From positions 64,001-128,000 of the IMG/VR virus record IMGVR_UViG_3300001580_000006: a stretch of 64,000 bases of DNA; one strand, 5' to 3'. Under the pieces are notes generated by a model. The model was not told where the DNA came from. It did no database searches and saw only the letters and a program-made list of their open reading frames with translations. Numbering within the stretch: position 1 is the first letter of the stretch; the number at the start of each line of letters is the position of its first letter. Made by a program: the position numbers and the translations under genes. Of the stretch, positions 44,022-51,514 are shown one piece after another. The stretch comes from a virus. Taxonomy: Duplodnaviria; Caudoviricetes.

Positions 44022-46898
44022 CTATTGCTCTTCTGGCTCTTGCTTGCCTAGAAATCTTTTGGCTAAGCTAGACGCCAGTAAACTGGCCTGTTCATCGGCT
44101 GACTCCGGCGGAATGCCATCTAATACTGCATCTCCGGCTTCTGCCTTTGCCACAACATCCTGTGCTAATAAGGCATCATAGGAGTTGTCTAGTACCATTA
44201 CATAAACATTTACAGAACCCTTCTGCCCAAACCTATGGCACCTATCCTCAGCTTGGCGCATTATAAATGGACTGTAGTGCTGCTCTACAAATACTACCGT
44301 TGATGCAGATTGTAAGTTAATAGTATCTCCAGCAGCTTCGATAGAGCCTATGAATATTCTACGATCAGGGTTGTTATTAAACTCGTCTATGATATCAAAC
44401 CGCCTGGTCTGATCATTCATTCTTCCATCTATAAGCAAAGAGCCAGGAAACGCTGAGGTTAAAATATCCGATACGTCATGGTGTCTAGTAAACACAACTA
44501 TCTTTCCCTTGTCGTCTTCCATCTCCTCCAACAAATCCTGTATGAACTCTACGGCAGCTGGAGCTTTCGCAACACCAACCTTCTTCATAAGACTAAATAT
44601 CATTCCCTGAACTTCTGGTTTTCTCATACAGGAAATTATTTGGGCGATAGTAGGAGCTCTATTGCCGAGCTCTCTCCCTAGTTCTTTGAATAGAGACTTC
44701 TCAGCTTTACGCACCTCAACTCGGTTCTTTGCATCAGTCTCTAACTCAATGATGGTCCGCACTTTTGGTGGGAGGTCTTTAAGAACTGCCGACTTTAGTC
44801 TACGCATCATACAACTTTCAGACAGCTTCTGGTGAAGATCGTCCATATTTATTGGAGCTGACTTTTTATAATCCTGATTGCCAGAGTGTGTTACAGGGTC
44901 ATACCCAAAGTATCTACGCAAGAACCAAGCCTTATCTGGGAATGTTAGTGGGTCAATGAGATGGATGATCTTCCACAGGTCAAGCACCTTATTGTATATT
45001 GGAGTTCCGGTTGCACAGATTACAGCTTGAACCTTCCTGCAAATAGTCATAGCTGCCTGTGTTCGCTGCGCTTTGTAGTTTTTGCAGTTGGAGACTAAAA
45101 CCCCGTTGGCGAAATAGTTATTGTTATTAGCAACTTCTATGTTGTATACAGGTATTAGATCCTGCGTTTGGCTATTTCCTGTAGAACTCGTGGTAGGTCC
45201 GCTATAACCTCCTCGTTCCAGAACCTCAGCACTAACCACCCGAGAGCACGCAAGACCTCTGTTTTCCGATGGTCGAGGAACCGCCAAAGTTTCAGTTTGT
45301 GTGTTTTGCCGTCGATCTCTATTGCTATCTTCCGTATTGGATCTGCTATATCCACTTTGTAGCAATGAGGTAAACTTTTGAATTGTTCGGCAACAGGATG
45401 CGTTAATATAATATATTCTGTTGGAAGACCTAGTGCATCCGCAACTAATTTCTGCTGAGTAGTTAGTGTTCCATTGCCACCCCGTGCCAAGAAGGTTCTG
45501 CCAATTAACTTTTGCCGCATCTTTTCCCTGGCAACGGGGTCTGCCATTGGATTGCGCTCCCTCATCCTCTGCGCAGCATCCGGGCGCCTTCGTCCTACAT
45601 TTGATGCCTGTGCTGTCTTTATTACAACACGACAGATTTCTTTTCTGCCCGGCTGTGCCATTCTCCATTTTGCGGCACAGGTGTTGCCGCAAAAGCGCAA
45701 TCTGTTCTTTGCACCATAATGATTTTTTGGTATAAAGGTCCTGCCACAATACTCGCAGATCTGTGGCTTTATTGGCTTCTTTAGCGCCTTGCTTATCGCG
45801 CTTCTTACATCGATTCGCGCATTTACCGCTATAGCGGCACAGCTTCGGGAGCAGTATACCGTTGTCGTCCTGCCGCGTTTTCTGGTTTTGAACTTCTTGT
45901 GGCAATACCGACAAGACATCTCTGTTAGACAAGCTTGCCGCCTCTTTGTAGCCCGAAGCAGTCCAGATCTTGTGGTTGCCAGTGCAGATAAATTCTCCAT
46001 GTTCATGGGTTATCCTCATCAATGTGTTAGTATAATTATAGCACATTTCATAGGAAAATCCAATATGCCTCTTAAATCTTTCTGCAATGGGCTGCCACTC
46101 TAACTGTCCAGTTTGTTTGTTATGGGACAGAGCCAGGTGCCCAACGCCGTGTTCAACCACGTCGCCTATTGACTGTGGTCCTTCATCAGTTATTATAGTA
46201 GCATTATATGGAAAGCAAAAGTGTGCTTCATCTAGTACAATTAACTGTGGGGCAAACTCTTTAATAACGTCTACGTACCTATTAAGTATCTCATAGTTAA
46301 TTATGAATACTATTCTTCCCCCTTGTTGAAGGTAGACGCGGCTTTGTTTCATCCAGTCTATACAGTCGTTCCCAGTGGCGAACCTTACGAGCTTTTCGCC
46401 CATAAGCCACTTGTTTGTCTCCCTTTCCCAATTCTTTTTTCCTATCGCTTTGCATACAACCACAACCTTTCTAATATCGGTTCTTAAGTTTAGCCAGGAC
46501 AGTATCTCGATTGTCTTTCCTGTGCCCATTTCGTCGGCTAATAGGATACGGCCATCATGTAACTGTGCAAACTCTACTGCAGCCCTCTGGTATGATCTTA
46601 CGATAAGCCCTTCTGGACACGGCACCTCTATATCAGATTCAGTGGCCCTAGATAGAGCCTTAGACTTGACCTTACGGTCCGCCAAAGTTATGGCTTCTGC
46701 TCTGATTGGTTCTATCTCCGGATCTAGAACTACACCTGGAGTGTCGCTGCCAAGTAGGCTAAGAAGTTGTTTGCGATTTAAGTACCAGCATTTATCTTCT
46801 GGCGACCAGGTAGCCTTAACGTCCTTTAAATAATCCTTCTCGTGATATGAAGTGATTGCGACGTATAAGTCTGCGCCAGGCTCTTTAAATATCTGCAC
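44022..46898 (-). CDS. SNF2-family helicase containing an intein
   Basis: LLADEMGTGKT, LDEAH, ATGTP, MMRRLK, INLQ, QAEDRCHRFGQ. Confidence 0.95.
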   Translation of the reverse strand: MQIFKEPGADLYVAITSYHEKDYLKDVKATWSPEDKCWYLNRKQLLSLLGSDTPGVVLDPEIEPIRAEAITLADRKVKSKALSRATESDIEVPCPEGLIVRSYQRAAVEFAQLHDGRILLADEMGTGKTIEILSWLNLRTDIRKVVVVCKAIGKKNWERETNKWLMGEKLVRFATGNDCIDWMKQSRVYLQQGGRIVFIINYEILNRYVDVIKEFAPQLIVLDEAHFCFPYNATIITDEGPQSIGDVVEHGVGHLALSHNKQTGQLEWQPIAERFKRHIGFSYEMCYNYTNTLMRITHEHGEFICTGNHKIWTASGYKEAASLSNRDVLSVLPQEVQNQKTRQDDNGILLPKLCRYSGKCANRCKKRDKQGAKEANKATDLRVLWQDLYTKKSLWCKEQIALLRQHLCRKMENGTAGQKRNLSCCNKDSTGIKCRTKAPGCCAEDEGAQSNGRPRCQGKDAAKVNWQNLLGTGWQWNTNYSAEISCGCTRSSNRIYYINASCCRTIQKFTSLLQSGYSRSNTEDSNRDRRQNTQTETLAVPRPSENRGLACSRVVSAEVLERGGYSGPTTSSTGNSQTQDLIPVYNIEVANNNNYFANGVLVSNCKNYKAQRTQAAMTICRKVQAVICATGTPIYNKVLDLWKIIHLIDPLTFPDKAWFLRRYFGYDPVTHSGNQDYKKSAPINMDDLHQKLSESCMMRRLKSAVLKDLPPKVRTIIELETDAKNRVEVRKAEKSLFKELGRELGNRAPTIAQIISCMRKPEVQGMIFSLMKKVGVAKAPAAVEFIQDLLEEMEDDKGKIVVFTRHHDVSDILTSAFPGSLLIDGRMNDQTRRFDIIDEFNNNPDRRIFIGSIEAAGDTINLQSASTVVFVEQHYSPFIMRQAEDRCHRFGQKGSVNVYVMVLDNSYDALLAQDVVAKAEAGDAVLDGIPPESADEQASLLASSLAKRFLGKQEPEEQ
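45155..46006 (-). CDS. Zinc-finger + DUF559/Vsr-like endonuclease overprinted in the +1 frame of the intein
   Basis: CRYC..F..YCSRSC, CEYC..F..FCGNTC, YKVDIA, IAIEIDGKTH, LRALGWLVLRFWN; GAGG RBS. Confidence 0.88.
   Translation of the reverse strand: MNMENLSALATTRSGLLRATKRRQACLTEMSCRYCHKKFKTRKRGRTTTVYCSRSCAAIAVNARIDVRSAISKALKKPIKPQICEYCGRTFIPKNHYGAKNRLRFCGNTCAAKWRMAQPGRKEICRVVIKTAQASNVGRRRPDAAQRMRERNPMADPVAREKMRQKLIGRTFLARGGNGTLTTQQKLVADALGLPTEYIILTHPVAEQFKSLPHCYKVDIADPIRKIAIEIDGKTHKLKLWRFLDHRKTEVLRALGWLVLRFWNEEVIADLPRVLQEIAKRRI
46035..46063 (-). promoter_or_regulatory. Promoter embedded in the intein coding sequence
   Basis: TTGGAT-N17-TATAAT with TGTGC extension, 28 nt upstream of the endonuclease ATG. 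Confidence 0.8.
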
Positions 46899-47071
46899 TA
46901 CTTACCTTTTAACCTCTCGTTTAGGTATTCTCCCTTAGCTTTCGTTCCGAGCTTTAGGATAGCATAAACGCACCCACAGTCTTCGCACTGATAAATCTTT
47001 TTGTCTGCGTTTACGATTGTTTGAAATAAGCATAGCCCACATTGTGGACATGCTCTAAATTCATCACCCAT
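46898..47071 (-). CDS. Small zinc-ribbon protein (57 aa, not in the ORF track)
   Basis: MGDEFRACPQCG...YQCEDCG...; its stop overlaps the helicase GTG. Confidence 0.6.
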   Translation of the reverse strand: MGDEFRACPQCGLCLFQTIVNADKKIYQCEDCGCVYAILKLGTKAKGEYLNERLKGK

Positions 47072-47435
47072 ATATTTCTTTGCTGAACAACGCTAATTGT
47101 ATTATAGAGTCAGCGGCAGGTGAGTCTATATCACCAACGTCAACTAGCCCATACTTTGATGCGTACAGCCTAAGCCCAGCTTTTAAGCTGTCTAGGGTTA
47201 GGGTAAACCTAGCTGCATCTTTTTTCCACTCTCCATCCTCATCTTCTAGTAGAACAGAGAGCCCCCTACTAATGGCCTGACTAGTATACTCCAGATCTTT
47301 TGGCAACTTATCACATTTTACTATGGTTGCACGCTTGCACCAGTAGTTTACTCCACCCTCTAAAGCAGTGCACACTATGTCGTCAATGTCTTCTTGTGTC
47401 AGTTCAATCTCGGTTTGGATTTTTATCGGCTCCAT
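47064..47435 (-). CDS. Hypothetical phage protein
   Basis: AGGAG RBS before MEPIKIQ. Confidence 0.6.
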   Translation of the reverse strand: MEPIKIQTEIELTQEDIDDIVCTALEGGVNYWCKRATIVKCDKLPKDLEYTSQAISRGLSVLLEDEDGEWKKDAARFTLTLDSLKAGLRLYASKYGLVDVGDIDSPAADSIIQLALFSKEIYG

Positions 47436-47616
47436 TATCGATCTCCTGTAGTTGCTCTTTTGTAATTCTATCAATTACCCGACGTCTTTTCTTAAAGCGG
47501 TTTGACTGACACCACGGACAACTGCCGTGTGCCCTACAGCTTCCAAAGAATCGTCGCCCGTCTTTGTATTGCTTTCGCCAATCTTTTCTATGCGGATAGT
47601 TCTTATCGAATGACAT
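47404..47616 (-). CDS. Small basic Cys/His protein
   Basis: SCRAHGSCPWC. Confidence 0.5.
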   Translation of the reverse strand: MSFDKNYPHRKDWRKQYKDGRRFFGSCRAHGSCPWCQSNRFKKRRRVIDRITKEQLQEIDNGADKNPNRD

Positions 47617-47625
47617 GTTCTTTAC

Positions 47626-47664
47626 CAAAAGAATTAGCCCTGGCTACACTTCTATAGCCAGGGC
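47626..47664 (-). terminator. Possible terminator or RNA hairpin
   Basis: GCCCTGGCTA/TAGCCAGGGC 10-bp stem in an intergenic gap, followed by TAATTCTTTT on -. Confidence 0.5.
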
Positions 47665-47684
47665 GTCACCATATAGGTTACTAG

Positions 47685-48986
47685 TTACGTTTTGCGCATC
47701 CTACGAGCTGGAACTTCATCCATTGGATCATAGTACTTGGTAAGAATGCCATTCTTATCCGGGTTAAGAGAAACTCGATCTTCTAGATGAATGTTAGTCT
47801 CTCTGTGAATACCATGATCATTGTCAAACAGGAATATCTTTTGCGATGGCGGAGAAGCCACCTGCATCTTGTTTATAGACAACTCTGTTCCACCAACCAT
47901 TGAGCCATTGGTAACAATATAGTTGGCATCAATAGAGGCTGGCGTATGAATATGGCCAACCAGTAATATGTCTATTACTCTGTTGAACAACCGTGGTAGT
48001 TTTCTGGCCATTCTGTCTAAACCGTAGAATGGTATACCATAGGAACTGGAGCCTGAGTTGTGCCCATGCTGTAGACAGAAAGTGAATTTCCCGTGCTGCA
48101 CTAACATCATTGGGCTCTCTGCAACATAGACATTCACATTTTTCTGATTACGAAGTAGGAGCTTTAATAGCCTATAGAACATATAGTCTAGGTTGGTACG
48201 ATAGTGCAGCTGAGATTTCTTACCACCTATAACACCGTGGTTTCCACTGACTCCATAAATATCAATTTGTGGAATCTCTTTGGCCAATCGTAGAATAGAC
48301 TCTGTTTCTTTCATAACGCAGTCTAACACTTGGTCAAAAGCTCCACGGTCAATATAGTTGTTCTGCCCCGGGTAAACCAACTCACCAGTTTGCTGATCCC
48401 CCAACCAGTTAAGCACAAGCTTATTTATACCAAGGTGGCGGTCCTCATGATAAAACTGTATAGTCGTATCAGTGAGCATGTCCAGCCTACTAGCATACAT
48501 ATTAAAGTCATACTCAGCCAATCCTTGCACCCAGGCCTTATCAACCACCTCGCCAACGTGTGCATCTGACCGTAAGCCGTGCATAGTCTGCTCTTTCCTA
48601 ACCTTATGTGGTTTAGGGGGCCTAACTATTGGTATATGAATTCTGTTGACGTTGGCTTCAACAGCTTCATAAACCAATCTAGCAAACTGTTTTGATTTCT
48701 CGATCTGCTCGCGAAGACTCTCATTTTCTCTAGCTAAAATAGCAGGAGATACTGGACCATCTGTGCCATAGGCTTTGTATTTTCTAAACTCCTTAGCTTC
48801 TTCGCTACGCTTCTTCTTCCACTGGTTAACCACACCAAGTCTGCGAGCTTTATGATCACAAGCTGACGTAGATAAGCCCATTAGCTTCATAATTGCAGAT
48901 GCTGTAGTCTCTGGGTCTGCTAGTAGCTTCTTAAACTGCTCTACCGACTCCGGTGTCCACTCATTGTTTTTGGTTTCCATAATCAC
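47685..48986 (-). CDS. Calcineurin-like metallophosphoesterase with N-terminal HTH/coiled coil
   Basis: SDAH, LGD, GNHG, HGH, GHIH. Confidence 0.8.
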   Translation of the reverse strand: MIMETKNNEWTPESVEQFKKLLADPETTASAIMKLMGLSTSACDHKARRLGVVNQWKKKRSEEAKEFRKYKAYGTDGPVSPAILARENESLREQIEKSKQFARLVYEAVEANVNRIHIPIVRPPKPHKVRKEQTMHGLRSDAHVGEVVDKAWVQGLAEYDFNMYASRLDMLTDTTIQFYHEDRHLGINKLVLNWLGDQQTGELVYPGQNNYIDRGAFDQVLDCVMKETESILRLAKEIPQIDIYGVSGNHGVIGGKKSQLHYRTNLDYMFYRLLKLLLRNQKNVNVYVAESPMMLVQHGKFTFCLQHGHNSGSSSYGIPFYGLDRMARKLPRLFNRVIDILLVGHIHTPASIDANYIVTNGSMVGGTELSINKMQVASPPSQKIFLFDNDHGIHRETNIHLEDRVSLNPDKNGILTKYYDPMDEVPARRMRKT

Positions 48987-49192
48987 TCCCCTATATTTTC
49001 TACTGCTTCTCGCAGGACTTCAGTTATTTCATCATCATCTAGCTCTTCACCATTCTTAAAAAAGGTGTATTCTGTCCAGTCATTTACTGCGGTAAAGTCG
49101 GCTTGCGCTGTATACTCGTTGTCATCATCCTCAAGATCTACTGCATAAAAGGTAGTGCTACCTGTTATGTCTACGTTGGCAACTCTGCTCAT
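48983..49192 (-). CDS. Small acidic hypothetical protein
   Basis: 69 aa, coupled. Confidence 0.55.
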   Translation of the reverse strand: MSRVANVDITGSTTFYAVDLEDDDNEYTAQADFTAVNDWTEYTFFKNGEELDDDEITEVLREAVENIGE

Positions 49193-49479
49193 TCTATTAC
49201 TCCACTAGTTAGTTCTTTAGTTTCACCCGATCCTAGCCACGGTATTAGGTCTACGACGTATCTAATCTCGCCTTCCTTTTTTAGTGCGTAATCTACAAAT
49301 ACGGAGACCCTAACTGCACCGCGTTTAGTGGCGGCCACGGTTTCTATGCCGCTAGCCTTAGTGCCACATCTGTGGGCTTTACCGTTATTGCCCTGTACCG
49401 TTCCATAAAACACAGCCATATTATTATACCATACTTTATATTGAATTCCAAAATGCTTGGCCGTTTCGAAATTGGCCAA
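49189..49479 (-). CDS. Hypothetical protein
   Basis: 96 aa. Confidence 0.5.
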   Translation of the reverse strand: MANFETAKHFGIQYKVWYNNMAVFYGTVQGNNGKAHRCGTKASGIETVAATKRGAVRVSVFVDYALKKEGEIRYVVDLIPWLGSGETKELTSGVIE

Positions 49480-49567
49480 CTATTTCTCTACTGTTATACC
49501 CCAGCCAAGTGTAGCTAGAGCCTCAAAAGCTGCCTCATCAGCACTTAAAGATTCTAAATCATACTGG

Positions 49568-50134
49568 TCATTCGGGTCTTCCAGGTTTGTTAGCTTGTAG
49601 CCCATCTATTACTTTAAGAAGATCCCAAGGTTGCTTTATTCGTATTCCGTCCCACTCTTTATTCCATGGCCGATCCATAGCAACCGCGATCTTCCCGTGC
49701 TCCTTATAAGCATTTAAGTTTTTAAGTGAATCGTCAAGATATAAGTCACAGTCTATCTTCCATTTCTCATGACTGAATGTAAAGCTATCCCATGGTATGC
49801 CGTTATTTTCAATCCAGCTTAAGGTAAGTGGTGCTGGATCACATTCATACATTCTAGGTTGTGAGGTAATGATGTGAATTTTATAGCCGTTTTCTCTTAA
49901 GCACCGCATTAGCGATCTGGCTCCAGGTACGGCTTCAGCCTTCAAGAAGACATCTGCTATTACATTCTTGCTATAAGTGTATGGCCAAATATCGCTACCA
50001 AGTTGGAATGATGGCGCTAGGTCATACTCTGTGACATCCTTAGTCCAATGATCTGGAAAGTCTTTTTTATAGCGCTTAGTAAGAGCTTTTACAAACTCTC
50101 TCAGCACTTCATCTACATCAATTCCTATTGTCAT
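49568..50134 (-). CDS. 5'(3')-deoxyribonucleotidase (HAD family)
   Basis: IGIDVDEVL, IITS, YLDDS, PWN. Confidence 0.85.
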   Translation of the reverse strand: MTIGIDVDEVLREFVKALTKRYKKDFPDHWTKDVTEYDLAPSFQLGSDIWPYTYSKNVIADVFLKAEAVPGARSLMRCLRENGYKIHIITSQPRMYECDPAPLTLSWIENNGIPWDSFTFSHEKWKIDCDLYLDDSLKNLNAYKEHGKIAVAMDRPWNKEWDGIRIKQPWDLLKVIDGLQANKPGRPE

Positions 50135-50276
50135 AAACTACTCTCCAGTATAATTCTGCGGCGTTACATTGAGCTGCTTTGTATCTAACCTCAGCCTCAA
50201 GACTTTTATTTTGTATATAGACGTCCCACGCAGCAGCTTCAGTCATACAATATATTTTCCACGCAACGACATTATG
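50118..50276 (-). CDS. Small hypothetical protein
   Basis: Part of track ORF 50118..50339; start uncertain. Confidence 0.35.
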   Translation of the reverse strand, partial: HNVVAWKIYCMTEAAAWDVYIQNKSLEAEVRYKAAQCNAAELYWRVVYDNRN

Positions 50277-50287
50277 TTTGTACTTCA

Positions 50288-50467
50288 TTACGTTATAGTC
50301 ATACAGGTTATTTTCTTGATATTGTCTATGCCAGGACAACAGTCATCTTGTATTTTTCTCTGTGCCTCATCACATGAAAGCCCATATACTAAAAGGTACT
50401 CGTGTGTTCTATCTGCTGTTCCCTGACAATAAGACACGCCGTCAACTCGGAATAGGTATGCCTTCAT
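50288..50467 (-). CDS. Small hypothetical protein
   Basis: GGAG RBS before MKAYLFRV. Confidence 0.5.
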   Translation of the reverse strand: MKAYLFRVDGVSYCQGTADRTHEYLLVYGLSCDEAQRKIQDDCCPGIDNIKKITCMTIT

Positions 50468-50483
50468 ACTATGCTCCAATTGT

Positions 50484-50765
50484 TTAATATTCAGAAGATG
50501 CGAAGAATCCAGGTTCATCTCTGAGCTCAAGTTCTTCTCGGAAAGACCGGTGCTTTCCTATTGACCCATCTGCTGTGTCATCATAGAACTTGAAGGTATC
50601 CAGTTCTTCTTCCGATAACCTTCTGGGTTCAGTTTCTTTCAAAGTTTCATCCGTGTCAATGCCTTCGCCAAGGGTGTCAATAAGATGTTTTGTGTAGACC
50701 TCCGTGGCTCCATCTTCCGTGTCTGCACAGACCCAGTCGTAATCGTTCATTTGATATACGTTCAT
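50484..50765 (-). CDS. Acidic hypothetical phage protein
   Basis: 93 aa, GAGG RBS. Confidence 0.6.
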   Translation of the reverse strand: MNVYQMNDYDWVCADTEDGATEVYTKHLIDTLGEGIDTDETLKETEPRRLSEEELDTFKFYDDTADGSIGKHRSFREELELRDEPGFFASSEY

Positions 50766-50780
50766 GTTACCTCGTTAAAT

Positions 50781-51137
50781 TTAATGGTAATCTATTTCAA
50801 AGAAATTCAGCATACCACGACAAGGTTGAAATGGTAATAGTTCGGCATCACTAACTATGAAACCTACGGGTCCCATAAACCATGGCGAGAGGGAATTGTC
50901 CACGCAATCAATGACTTTGGCTTTACCAATTACACCACCAGTTTTCAAACCCTCAACTGGCCATATCAATTCAGGAAAGTGTTCGTGGATCCAGACTGCC
51001 CCATCATGGTCATACTTTCTGCTAGCATGTATTAGAAACTCGCCACGGAATTTGGTATGCCACTTTCGGTTTTCGACGTCTTTAATCCCAGCAGCCAGAA
51101 AATAAGCCCAAGGTTGTTGAAGCGATAGAGCTTTCAT
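50781..51137 (-). CDS. ASCH domain protein
   Basis: MKALSLQQPWA...GIKDVENR.W...RG..LIHAS. Confidence 0.9.
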   Translation of the reverse strand: MKALSLQQPWAYFLAAGIKDVENRKWHTKFRGEFLIHASRKYDHDGAVWIHEHFPELIWPVEGLKTGGVIGKAKVIDCVDNSLSPWFMGPVGFIVSDAELLPFQPCRGMLNFFEIDYH

Positions 51138-51514
51138 AATGAGTTCTCCCAGCTTTCTTCTTTTTCTTTGCTACCAAACAGTTCTATTAAGTACTTACGT
51201 TTTGCTAACTGGTCAACAGCATCGGCTAAGTTCAGTCCTCTTAGAAGAATAGGGTCGGCTTGATAAGCATCTAAGTATGGAATCCACGCCACAGTAAACG
51301 GCTTCCTTTTGTAGACGTAATAGTATGCTTTGCCATCGGCTACGGGCCAAGATAAGATGCCGCCTACAACCTCACCTTCTGGTAGGTTGTCGGATATTTT
51401 CTGTAGCCTATCCATTTCGTTCTGCTCTTCTTTGATTCTACGGCTCATTGCACTATTTGACGTATCACTATAATCAAGATGATACGGCCATGTATATTGT
51501 AATACTTTAGCCAT
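51134..51514 (-). CDS. Hypothetical phage protein
   Basis: 126 aa, coupled. Confidence 0.6.
   Translation of the reverse strand: MAKVLQYTWPYHLDYSDTSNSAMSRRIKEEQNEMDRLQKISDNLPEGEVVGGILSWPVADGKAYYYVYKRKPFTVAWIPYLDAYQADPILLRGLNLADAVDQLAKRKYLIELFGSKEKEESWENSL

Larger units (their letters stand above)
45087..46217 (-). mobile_element. Intein (377 aa) inserted after the DEAH motif
   Basis: Block A CFPYNATI, block B TGNHKIW, blocks F/G VYNIEV...YFANGVLVSN, +1 Cys; excision restores DEAHF-CKN. Confidence 0.92.
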
